A stretch of DNA of 64,000 bases, from positions 54,710 through 118,709 of the forward strand of contig CANRFY010000002.1 in assembly GCA_947630015.1 (NCBI GenBank), given 5' to 3'. This DNA is from an uncultured Clostridia bacterium. Its GTDB lineage: Bacteria > Bacillota > Clostridia > Oscillospirales > CAG-272. The notes beneath the pieces were generated by a model, which worked only from the letters and a program-made list of their open reading frames with translations, did not search any database and was not told the origin of the DNA. Of the stretch, positions 1 through 8,855 are shown piece after piece. Position 1 is the stretch's first letter. The number at the start of each line of letters is the position of its first letter. The position numbers and the translations under genes were made by a program.

Positions 1-1046
1 CGCGGCTCCGGCTTCGCCGCAGACTGCGTCTGCGTCTTTCCGCCTACCGCCGACGTCGGCGCAACATGGCGCTGCACCTTCGGATCGTCCTTCTTCGCGA
101 ATCCCGTCGCGATGATGGTGACCTTCATTTTATCTTCAAGCTCGGGATCGAAGTTCGCACCCCAGATGATGTTCGCGTCCGGATGCGCCTCCGCCGATAC
201 CATCGTCGACGCCTGAATGACGTCGTCGAGTCCGATATCGGGCGAGCCTGTGATCGATACGAGTATTCCCGTCGCGCCCGCAATCGACGTTTCCAGAAGC
301 GGCGAGCTGATCGCGGCCTTCGCCGCCATCTCGGCCTTGTCCTTGCCCGTAGCCTCGCCGACGCCCATATGAGCGAGTCCCGCGTCCTTCATGACGGACG
401 ACACGTCCGCGAAGTCGAGGTTGACAAGTCCCGGAACGTTGATAAGCTCTGATATGCTCTGTACGCCGTGGCGGAGTACGTCGTCCGCGATCTCGAACGC
501 ATTCATCAGCGTGATGCGCGCCTCCGATACCTGCGCGAGACGTTCGTTCGGGATAACGACGAGCGAATCCACGAACTGCGCCAGATTCTCGATGCCCGTT
601 TCGGCCTGCGTCATGCGGCGCTTGCCCTCGAACGAGAACGGCTTCGTCACGATGCCGACCGTAAGTATGCCCATTTCCTTTGCCGCGCGCGCCACTACGG
701 GAGCCGCGCCCGTGCCTGTTCCGCCGCCCATGCCGGTCGTGATGAACACCATATCGGCATCCTTGAGCGCGTTCTTTATTTCCTCAAGATTCTCCTCAGC
801 CGCCTGCTCGCCGATGGAGGGATCGGCGCCCGCGCCGTGACCCTTCGTGATCTTTTCCCCTATCGGGATCTTGTTCGGCGCGCTTGAATGGAGAAGCGCC
901 TGCTTGTCCGTATTGATGCAGATGAATTCGACCCCGCGGATGTGCGAGGTTATCATTCTGTTCACGGCGTTTCCGCCGCCGCCGCCTACGCCTACGACTT
1001 TGATATTTACGCCGCTTTCAAAGTTATCATCAAGTTCAAATGCCAT
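1..1046 (-). CDS. ftsZ: Cell division GTPase FtsZ (3' end cut by window edge)
   Basis: Absent from the ORF track because it runs off the edge. Minus-strand translation from the ATG at 1046 reads [32 protein letters not shown]. The tubulin signature [19 protein letters not shown] is encoded around 690-720. It is the last gene of the dcw cluster. Confidence 0.95.
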   Translation of the reverse strand, partial: MAFELDDNFESGVNIKVVGVGGGGGNAVNRMITSHIRGVEFICINTDKQALLHSSAPNKIPIGEKITKGHGAGADPSIGEQAAEENLEEIKNALKDADMVFITTGMGGGTGTGAAPVVARAAKEMGILTVGIVTKPFSFEGKRRMTQAETGIENLAQFVDSLVVIPNERLAQVSEARITLMNAFEIADDVLRHGVQSISELINVPGLVNLDFADVSSVMKDAGLAHMGVGEATGKDKAEMAAKAAISSPLLETSIAGATGILVSITGSPDIGLDDVIQASTMVSAEAHPDANIIWGANFDPELEDKMKVTIIATGFAKKDDPKVQRHVAPTSAVGGKTQTQSAAKPEP

Positions 1047-1223
1047 ATACATTTACCCTTTCCGTTGCGGTCGGCGGATTTTTATCCGACGCGCACTTAC
1101 ACTGATACCATTATATATAGAATACTATATTTTTTCCGATTTTGCAATACATCTTTTCATTTTTAATTCGGGAATTCTGCGATTTTGCGCCGAAATTTTC
1201 GGATTTTTTCGATTTTCGGCGTC

Positions 1224-2228
1224 TCACCAGTCAAGATCTACCTCGTTGTCGACGATCGCGCTCGGCATTCCGATATCGGAGAGATATATGGTCCCCTTGT
1301 TGCCTCCCGCGAAGTTCTCCGACTTCATTATCTCGAACGCGAGCGTCAGCTTGATCTCGATATCGCTCACGTTTCCAAGCTCGAGCCGGAACCTGCCGCC
1401 GTAGGCGATGCAGACGTTGAACCTGTCCGACACGTCGAGCAGCGTCGTCCGGTCCCGCATCGATTCGGACAAAACGGCGGCCGCCGCCGTTTTGATCACG
1501 TCGATGACGTCGTCCTCCGGCACGATCTCGCGCCCCTCGACGGCCTCGCGTATGCGCGGCAGCTTCAGCTTTATGTAGTCGCCGTCCGGCTCCGTCCGCC
1601 TGAATTCGAGGACTCTCATATCACGCGACAGAAGAACGTACATATCGTACAGCTCCGAGACGAACACCGGTTCCTCGGACACAAGCTCAAGCTCGATCGT
1701 GTCGGGGATGCGCCTGTGTACGCGCACCTCCTTCACATATGAAAATCTGTTTATGATCGCGCGGCTGACATCGTCCTCGTCGATCGCGGGCGAAAGCAGC
1801 TTTTCGCCGATCCTGATCCCGCTCGCCTCGATGATGTCGCCGTCATAGTACCGCTCGCAGCCCGTCACCGTGACGCGGTCGATCACAAGCACATACGAAT
1901 AAAGCAGATATCCGGCCAAAAGCAGCACGGCTCCGCCGACGATGAAAAATGTGTATAGCTTCCATCTCGCCTTGAAACGGCGTCTTTTCTCGTGCTTGTT
2001 CGTGACCGTGACGTTGTGCGCGAATACGTCCTCGTATTCGCGCCGCCCCGAATTGCTCGTCACAATGCCTACAAGTCTTACGATCTCCCTTTCCTTCGCC
2101 GCGTCCGATTTTTTTCGGAACTTTGTCTGACGCAATAGCTTATAAAGCTTCGCTTTTTCGTCCGGAGTCAGCCCTTCCGTATACGCGGCGATATTGAATT
2201 TTCGTTTCCGTTCGCCGCGCGCAGCCAC
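1224..2228 (-). CDS. ftsQ: Cell division protein FtsQ/DivIB
   Basis: 334 aa. It has a basic cytoplasmic N-terminus, a single TM helix (LYTFFIVGGAVLLLAGYLLYSYVLV) and a POTRA-like segment (IDRVTVTGCERYYDGDIIEASGIRIGEKLL). It lies between murG and ftsZ. Confidence 0.7.
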   Translation of the reverse strand: MAARGERKRKFNIAAYTEGLTPDEKAKLYKLLRQTKFRKKSDAAKEREIVRLVGIVTSNSGRREYEDVFAHNVTVTNKHEKRRRFKARWKLYTFFIVGGAVLLLAGYLLYSYVLVIDRVTVTGCERYYDGDIIEASGIRIGEKLLSPAIDEDDVSRAIINRFSYVKEVRVHRRIPDTIELELVSEEPVFVSELYDMYVLLSRDMRVLEFRRTEPDGDYIKLKLPRIREAVEGREIVPEDDVIDVIKTAAAAVLSESMRDRTTLLDVSDRFNVCIAYGGRFRLELGNVSDIEIKLTLAFEIMKSENFAGGNKGTIYLSDIGMPSAIVDNEVDLDW

Positions 2229-2242
2229 AGCACTTCCTCCGA

Positions 2243-3376
2243 TTACAGTTTTCTTTTCCCGTGTACGAGCTTTTCTATCTCGCCGAATATGCGCTTGTTC
2301 GCGTCCGTCACGGCGAATCCTCCGGCAATTTCCTGCATTTTGAGCCTGCGCTCGTCGTCGGCGAGCAGCGCCGACGCCTCGCTTGTGAGACGTCTGCCGC
2401 CGTCGAGATCCTTTTCCTCGATTATGACGGCGCCGCCGGCCTCCGCCAGCACGAGCGCGTTTTTGTACTGATGATTCTCCGTCACGTTCGGCGACGGGAT
2501 GAATATCGCCGGACGTCGCATCGCCGCCACCTCCGATATCGTCATCGCGCCCGCGCGGCAGATCAAAAGATCGGCCGCCGCCATCTCTGCCGGCATATCG
2601 TATATGTACTCGACAAGGCGCAGATTCGGGACGCCGCGCAGTCCGTATCTGTCGAACATCGCGTTCGCGTCAGCCCATTCTATCGAGCCGACGGCGAGCG
2701 TGTGCAGTATCTCGGGATGATGCGACGTAAAGTCGCGCATCATGGACAGGACCGCCTCGTTCACGTACTGCGCCCCCATGCTGCCGCCGTATGACAAAAC
2801 GACCTTTTCGTATCCGTCGGCTCCGATCGCGCGCCTTGCCGCCGCCTTATCAGAATCGGGCGTGAATCCGGCGCGCAGCGGATTGCCTACGACGACGAGC
2901 TTATCCGGATCGCAGCCGCTCAGATATTCCGCCGTCTTGGCAAAATTCAGAAGCACGCGGTCCGCGCCGCGCGCCAGCATCCTGACGGCGACGCCCGGGT
3001 ACGCGTTCGATTCGTGAAGCACGGTCGGGATCCCCATCTGCTGCGCCGCCTTCACGACGGGCCAGCTCACGTATCCCCCCGTCCCGATCACGATGTCGGG
3101 CCTAAACTGCTTTATTATCTTTTTCGCCTTGCCGGGCGAGGTCAGGGCCAGATACGCGGCGCGCAGATTCGCCGGCGACAGCGAGCGGCGGATGCCGCGC
3201 ACGTCGACGTGATAAAGCTCGTATCCCGCCGCAGGCACGAGCTTATTCTCGATGCCGCGCGGCGTTCCCACAAACGCGATCTCTGAGCCGGATTCGTTAA
3301 GCGCGACCGTCTCCGCGATCGCCAAGGCGGGGTTGACGTGTCCGCTCGTCCCGCCTCCCGTCATAAGTATTCTCAT
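2243..3376 (-). CDS. murG: UDP-GlcNAc:lipid I N-acetylglucosaminyltransferase MurG
   Basis: 377 aa. The N-terminus MRILMTGGGTSGHVNPALAIAE is the characteristic MurG (GT28) G-loop. dcw context. Confidence 0.95.
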   Translation of the reverse strand: MRILMTGGGTSGHVNPALAIAETVALNESGSEIAFVGTPRGIENKLVPAAGYELYHVDVRGIRRSLSPANLRAAYLALTSPGKAKKIIKQFRPDIVIGTGGYVSWPVVKAAQQMGIPTVLHESNAYPGVAVRMLARGADRVLLNFAKTAEYLSGCDPDKLVVVGNPLRAGFTPDSDKAAARRAIGADGYEKVVLSYGGSMGAQYVNEAVLSMMRDFTSHHPEILHTLAVGSIEWADANAMFDRYGLRGVPNLRLVEYIYDMPAEMAAADLLICRAGAMTISEVAAMRRPAIFIPSPNVTENHQYKNALVLAEAGGAVIIEEKDLDGGRRLTSEASALLADDERRLKMQEIAGGFAVTDANKRIFGEIEKLVHGKRKL

Positions 3377-3430
3377 AGATTCCTCGTCAGTGAAAGTTTT
3401 TGCGGATCAGGACCCGCGATGCGCCCGTTC

Positions 3431-4693
3431 CTACAGCTTCTGCTGCCGCGAATGCCTCGAAACTGACAGCACGATACCCATTTCAACCATCAGCATTATG
3501 AGCGACGAGCCGCCGTATGAGAAGAACGGCAGCGATATGCCCGTATTCGGAATCGTATCTGTCACAACGCCGATATTCAGTATCGCCTGAAGCGTTATAT
3601 GGCTCATGATCCCGTACACAGTCAGCGATGAGAACACGTCGGGGGCGCGTCTTGCGACCGTGAATCCGCGGAACAGAAGCGCCGCGAACAGCGCGATCAC
3701 CGCGACGGCTCCGATGAAGCCCGTCTCCTCGCACCAGATCGTGAATATGAAGTCGTTCTGCGGCTGGGAAACGTAGCTGAATTTCTGCCTCGACTGACCG
3801 AGTCCGAGTCCGAACAGCCCGCCGGAGCCGATCGCGTAAAGTCCCTGCGTCGTCTGCCACTTTTCGGCGAGCTTATTTGCGTTTTCATCTGTGAACGTCG
3901 TTAAGCGCTTGAGCGCATACGGGTTTTTCAGTATGTATGCGGCCGCGCCCGCGATGCATACGGCACCGTATGTCAGTCCCGTCAGCGGCACGCTTGTGCC
4001 GCCTATATACAGAACAATTACGCCGAGCGCGAACAGGATCACGGTGCCGGACAGATGCTTTTCGAGCAGGACGAGCGCGCACGCGGGGAAAATTATGAAC
4101 GCCGGATACAGCGTCCCGTATAAAAAGCGCAGCTTCAGTCCCGATCCCTTCGCCATGTATTCCGCGTATTTTCCCACATAGCGGGCCAGCATCAGAACGA
4201 GTCCGATCTTCATTATCTCCGACGGCTGTATCGTGAATACGCCGCCGATGCTTATCCAGCGCTTTGCCTCGCCCTCGGATTTGCCTATGAACAGCACGAC
4301 GACGAGCAGCACAGCCGCGACGCCGTATACAAGCGGCGCGAATTTCTTGTATTTGTCATACGGCACCCGCATCGCGAACGTCATTCCGAGAAGGCCGAGC
4401 GCGACGAAGATGATCTGACGGCGCACATAATAATAGCTGTCGAGATTCTGCGCGATCGCATACGGATAGCTCGCCGAGAACACCATTATCGAGCCGATGC
4501 AGACGAGCGCAAGAACGAGCGTCATCAGAATTCTGTCCGGCGACGTCTTTATTCTTATATATTCAGGCTCGCGCCGCTTCTTTTCGCGGCTCTCTGCCTG
4601 CCCTGCGGGTACGAGCGGCGCCTCCGCCGCGCCCTTTGCGCGGCGCTGCGGCAGCGTAACGCCGCCCGACGGCTTTCTTTCGTCCGGACTCAT
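3431..4693 (-). CDS. ftsW: SEDS-family peptidoglycan polymerase FtsW/SpoVE
   Basis: 420 aa polytopic membrane protein with the conserved SEDS C-terminal block LPFFSYGGSSLIMLMVEMGIVLSVS. It lies between mraY and murG. Confidence 0.9.
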   Translation of the reverse strand: MSPDERKPSGGVTLPQRRAKGAAEAPLVPAGQAESREKKRREPEYIRIKTSPDRILMTLVLALVCIGSIMVFSASYPYAIAQNLDSYYYVRRQIIFVALGLLGMTFAMRVPYDKYKKFAPLVYGVAAVLLVVVLFIGKSEGEAKRWISIGGVFTIQPSEIMKIGLVLMLARYVGKYAEYMAKGSGLKLRFLYGTLYPAFIIFPACALVLLEKHLSGTVILFALGVIVLYIGGTSVPLTGLTYGAVCIAGAAAYILKNPYALKRLTTFTDENANKLAEKWQTTQGLYAIGSGGLFGLGLGQSRQKFSYVSQPQNDFIFTIWCEETGFIGAVAVIALFAALLFRGFTVARRAPDVFSSLTVYGIMSHITLQAILNIGVVTDTIPNTGISLPFFSYGGSSLIMLMVEMGIVLSVSRHSRQQKL

Positions 4694-4736
4694 TAAAGGT
4701 GACCTCCCTTCCGCTTTTTATAATACGCCGTCCGCG

Positions 4737-5801
4737 TCATATCCCGTATATTTCCGACAGCGCCGGAAGCATTATATACGAAAGCGCGCACAGCGCCAGC
4801 GTGCATATCGTGAATACGACAACGATCTTGATCTCGCCCCAGCCGCATTTTTCAAAATGATGATGTATCGGCGCCATCTTGAAAAAGCGTTTTCCGTGCG
4901 TGAGCTTGAAATATACGACTTGAATTATATCCGATACGGATTCGATGATGTAGATGAACCCGTAAATGATGACGAGTACCGGCAAATCCATCATGAGCGC
5001 GCCGCCCATCACGATCCCGCCGAGGAAGAGCGAACCTGTATCGCCCATAAACACGCGCGCCGGATGGAAATTGTAGACGAGGAACCCGAGCATACCGCCC
5101 GCAGTCACGGCTCCGAGCGCCAGAAGTCCGCCCGATATCTCGCCGGACGCCGCGTATTTGACGCCGCCCGCAAGGATGAAAAACACGGACACGGCAAGCG
5201 TCTCCGACGAGCATAGCCCGTCGATGCCGTCGGCGAGATTGACACTGTTCATCACCCCGACCGCAAGTATCGCAAGCAGGATATAGTACGCGATCCCGAG
5301 TCCCTCGATGCTGCCGACGAACGGTATCCACAGCGAATCCTTTATGCAGCCGAACGCCGCCAGCGCCGCTATGTAAGCGCCCGCCGCGACAAACTGCAGG
5401 ACGAGCTTCTGTATCGGCGTCAGCCCCTCGTTCTGCTTTTTGCGGAGCTTGGCGCTGTCGTCGATGCAGCCTATGAAGCCGCAGAACAGCGCGTACACGA
5501 ACGTCGCCGTGAGCGCCGTCGGCACGCGTCCGAGCCACAGCGAAAGGATCACGATGTCGACCGTGATCACGACCGTCATGGCGAATATGAACGAGATGCC
5601 TCCCATCGTGGGAGTCCCCTCCTTCGATTTGTGCCAGCGCGGGCCGATATCGAGTATCTTCTGTCCCATTTTGTGGCTTTTCAGTATAGGGATCACGATG
5701 CGGGAGATCAAAACGGTCAGGATAAACGCCGCCGCCGCCGAGATGCCCGCCATTATTTTCAGATTTGTCTGCATACCGAGATTTTCCTGTTCCCGCCGCA
5801 A
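4737..5801 (-). CDS. mraY: Phospho-N-acetylmuramoyl-pentapeptide transferase MraY
   Basis: Polytopic protein with the motifs IGCIDDSAKL, NLADGIDGL, MGDTGSLFLGG and APIHHHFE. The start may be M10 (5774) rather than 5801. Confidence 0.95.
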   Translation of the reverse strand: MRREQENLGMQTNLKIMAGISAAAAFILTVLISRIVIPILKSHKMGQKILDIGPRWHKSKEGTPTMGGISFIFAMTVVITVDIVILSLWLGRVPTALTATFVYALFCGFIGCIDDSAKLRKKQNEGLTPIQKLVLQFVAAGAYIAALAAFGCIKDSLWIPFVGSIEGLGIAYYILLAILAVGVMNSVNLADGIDGLCSSETLAVSVFFILAGGVKYAASGEISGGLLALGAVTAGGMLGFLVYNFHPARVFMGDTGSLFLGGIVMGGALMMDLPVLVIIYGFIYIIESVSDIIQVVYFKLTHGKRFFKMAPIHHHFEKCGWGEIKIVVVFTICTLALCALSYIMLPALSEIYGI

Positions 5802-5802
5802 A

Positions 5803-7284
5803 TCAGCGCTTCGATGTCTTTTCCGTTTTTTCTTTCATGTATTCGATGACGGCCTCCGCCGCGACGGCGCGGCTCGCCTTTACGAGCAGCACGTCGCCCG
5901 GCGCGAGCGCGCCGAGTATCATGTCGCCCGTCGGCGCGGGATTCGTGCAGTCGGGATTGACGTAGACGTTTTCGGCGCGGACGCCGTTCGATATGGCCGC
6001 CGTCGCTATGTTTTCCGCGATCTGCCCGTATGTGAACAGCACCGTCACACCGGCTCTCGCCGCATAAACTCCGATCTGCTCGTGCAGAAGCCGCGAATGC
6101 TCGCCAAGCTCCCTCATATCGCCGAGCAGCGCCGCGGCGCGTCCGCCCTTTTCCTTTGCGACGGAGACAAGCACGTCTATGCTCGCCCTCATCGATTCGG
6201 GACTCGCGTTGTAGCAGTCCTCGATCACGGTGATGCCGCCGAGTCCGTATATGCGCTGTCTCATCGATACGCCGCGGTACGAACGCAGTCCGACTCTTAT
6301 CTCCGCCATCGAAAGTCCGCAAACGACCGATACCGCGATCGCGAACAGCGCGTCGTACACAGTATGCGCGCCGAGCGTCGGTATTTCGAGATTAGTTTCG
6401 ACCTTTCCCATGTAGATCAGATCGAACACTGTCCCCGACGCCGTGCGGCGCAGATTGACGGCTCTGAAATCGGCGTCCCTGTTGTGCATCGCCGCCGTCA
6501 CGACCTTGACGCCGAGCGTGTCGCGCGCGCCGTAAAGCAGCGGCTCGTCGCCGTTTATGACAAGCACGCCGTCAGGCTTCATCCCGCTCACGATCTCGAG
6601 CTTCGCGCGCGCTATGTTCTCGCGGCTGCCGAGCGCCTCGATGTGCGCCGTGCCGATATTAGTTATGATCGCCGCGTCGGGATTCACGATTCCCGACAGA
6701 TATTCGATCTGACCGCGTCCGCTCATCCCGCACTCGAACACGCCGTATTCGTCGTCGGCCTGCGCCGAAAGCGCCGTCAGCGGCAGTCCGATCTCATTAT
6801 TTTTATTGCCGTCAGTTTTGTGCGTCTTATGCTTGACGGAGAAGCACGACGCGACGAACTCCTTCGTCGTCGTCTTTCCGACCGATCCCGTCACCGCGAC
6901 CGTCTTCATCCCAGATCTCGATATCGCGTACCGCGCAAGATCGCCGAGCGCGCGCACCGTATTCTTCACGATCACGACGTCGACGGCTTTGCCGTCGAGG
7001 CCGTCCGGCATCCGTTCCGCGATTATTATCCGCGCGCCGGCCTCCGCCGCCGCGGCGGCATAGTCGCAGCCGTCGAAATTCTCGCCCGCGATCGCGGCGA
7101 ATATGCAGCCGTCGACGATCGCGCGCGAATCGGTCGAAAGATACGCGCATTCGCCGCCCCAGCCGCCGTTGACGGCGGCGGCCGCCCCACAGGCAGCCCG
7201 CGCGATCTCTTCCGCGCCGAGCGCGAACGCGAGCGCGATTATATTTTCGGATGCGGGATCCGTTTTATTTCCATTCTGTTTCAA
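5803..7284 (-). CDS. murF: UDP-MurNAc-tripeptide--D-Ala-D-Ala ligase MurF
   Basis: 493 aa Mur ligase with P-loop VTGSVGKTTTKE. It sits between murE and mraY, as in canonical dcw clusters. Confidence 0.9.
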   Translation of the reverse strand: MKQNGNKTDPASENIIALAFALGAEEIARAACGAAAAVNGGWGGECAYLSTDSRAIVDGCIFAAIAGENFDGCDYAAAAAEAGARIIIAERMPDGLDGKAVDVVIVKNTVRALGDLARYAISRSGMKTVAVTGSVGKTTTKEFVASCFSVKHKTHKTDGNKNNEIGLPLTALSAQADDEYGVFECGMSGRGQIEYLSGIVNPDAAIITNIGTAHIEALGSRENIARAKLEIVSGMKPDGVLVINGDEPLLYGARDTLGVKVVTAAMHNRDADFRAVNLRRTASGTVFDLIYMGKVETNLEIPTLGAHTVYDALFAIAVSVVCGLSMAEIRVGLRSYRGVSMRQRIYGLGGITVIEDCYNASPESMRASIDVLVSVAKEKGGRAAALLGDMRELGEHSRLLHEQIGVYAARAGVTVLFTYGQIAENIATAAISNGVRAENVYVNPDCTNPAPTGDMILGALAPGDVLLVKASRAVAAEAVIEYMKEKTEKTSKR

Positions 7285-7329
7285 GTCCGCAAGTCCGTGC
7301 CTTTCCTTTATTTTATCACTTTCGGCCGC

Positions 7330-8799
7330 TTATCGGCGCGCCCCGCGCATAATCCGCCGCAGCCGCTGTGCGTCGGCCGCGATCTTTCTTTCGTCGTAAG
7401 GGCGCTTGACGCCGTCCGCGTCGTCGTAGCTTTCATGTCCCTTGCCGGCCAAAATCACGATATCGCCGTCGTCCGCGTTCCATATCGCGAATTCGATCGC
7501 CTCGGTGCGGTTCGGGATGACCGCGTATTCGCATCCGCGCGGGATGCCGGCTATTATATCGGCGATTATATCCGCGGCGCGCTCCGTGCGCCTGTTGTCC
7601 GAGGTAACGATGACGAAATCGGCTCCCTCCGCGGCGATTTTCCCCATGACGGGGCGCTTCGTTTTATCCCTGTCGCCGCCGCATCCGAAAACGACCGTGA
7701 TCCTCCGCCGCTCTGCGATATCCCGCACGGAGCGGAGCAGTCCCTCGAGCGCCGCCGGCGTATGCGCGAAATCTATTATTACGGTCGGCTGCGCATCCCC
7801 CGAGCCGCCGACGCGCTCCATCCTGCCGCGCACGCCGTGAAAATCGCCGAGCGCCGCGACCGCGCTGTCCCTGTCGACGCCGATCTCTATCGCGCACGTC
7901 AGCGCCAAAATCGCGTCCTCAACCGAATAAAGCCCTGGCGCGCCGACGCGGACGGGGAACGATCCCGACGGGGAATTGTATATAAAATCGACTCCGTCAA
8001 AGCCACGCTCCGCGATCGACGACGGGAACGCGGCGTCCCCGTCGCCGCGCGCGTCCACGGCGGCCGCGTCCGGATACATCGCAAGCAGGCGCGCGCCGTA
8101 TTCGCCTGTGGCGTTTATTATTTTTTTCTCCGGCGCAAAATCAGAGAACAGCCGCGCTTTGACGCCGAAATATTCCTCCATCGAGGCGTGATAGTCGAGA
8201 TGCTCCGGCGACAGATTCGTGAATATCGCGGCCTTGAGGACGCATCCCAAAAGCGGCAGTCCCGACAGCCTGTGCTGCGCGATCCCGTGCGAGCTTGCCT
8301 CGAACACGATATAATCGGCTCCGCGCCGTATCATATCCCATAAAATTCTGTAAAATACGTCCGCCGACGGCGTCGTCATCGACGCGCATTCGCCCTCGTC
8401 GTAGTCGACGCCGTCCATATGCGCGCCGACGGTGCCGACGATCCCGACCGAATATCCCGCCGCCTTCATCATCGACGCCAGCATATACGAAACCGTCGTC
8501 TTGCCGTTCGTGCCTGTCACCGCGATCAGCTTCGTCTTATGCGGCCGTCCCGTCTCGTCCCCTCCGTACCATGCCGCCGTTATGCGGCACCCGAGTTCGC
8601 GCGCGTTTTCGGTCTCTATTATCTGTATCGGCGGCGCCTCCGGCGTCCGCTCCGATACGGCCGCGACGGCTCCGCGCGCCGCGGCGTCCGCGATATGCAG
8701 CTCCCCGTCCGTGCTTCCGCCGCGTATCGCGATATACAAGCTTCCCTTTCCCGCCGTTCTGCTGTCGGCGGTCACATCCGTTATTTCGACATCCTTCAC
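7330..8799 (-). CDS. murE: UDP-MurNAc-L-Ala-D-Glu--diamino acid ligase MurE
   Basis: Mur ligase with P-loop VTGTNGKTTVSYM and a DNPR-like SDNRR motif. Coordinates start at the first canonical start codon (GTG 8799). The conserved N-terminus continues in frame upstream to about 8844 (see finding). Confidence 0.9.
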   Translation of the reverse strand: MKDVEITDVTADSRTAGKGSLYIAIRGGSTDGELHIADAAARGAVAAVSERTPEAPPIQIIETENARELGCRITAAWYGGDETGRPHKTKLIAVTGTNGKTTVSYMLASMMKAAGYSVGIVGTVGAHMDGVDYDEGECASMTTPSADVFYRILWDMIRRGADYIVFEASSHGIAQHRLSGLPLLGCVLKAAIFTNLSPEHLDYHASMEEYFGVKARLFSDFAPEKKIINATGEYGARLLAMYPDAAAVDARGDGDAAFPSSIAERGFDGVDFIYNSPSGSFPVRVGAPGLYSVEDAILALTCAIEIGVDRDSAVAALGDFHGVRGRMERVGGSGDAQPTVIIDFAHTPAALEGLLRSVRDIAERRRITVVFGCGGDRDKTKRPVMGKIAAEGADFVIVTSDNRRTERAADIIADIIAGIPRGCEYAVIPNRTEAIEFAIWNADDGDIVILAGKGHESYDDADGVKRPYDERKIAADAQRLRRIMRGARR

Positions 8800-8855
8800 G
8801 GGCGCCGTGCAGCCGGCAAGCCCTAAAAGCGTCGACAGCTTCGTATGCTTCCTCC

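Noticed and set aside
1047-1223. Remnant of ftsA between ftsQ and ftsZ
   Set aside because: The spacer is only 177 bp, AT-rich and promoter-like. It has no open frame and no FtsA/actin-fold motif.
5440-8343. 967-aa plus-strand ORF, with similar long ORFs at 8295-10022, 10053-11219, 41311-42849 and 60240-61649
   Set aside because: All lie antisense to well-supported genes (mraY/murF/murE, the PBP gene, GH112, glyQS). They are Arg-rich with no domain signatures, so they are artefacts of high GC content.
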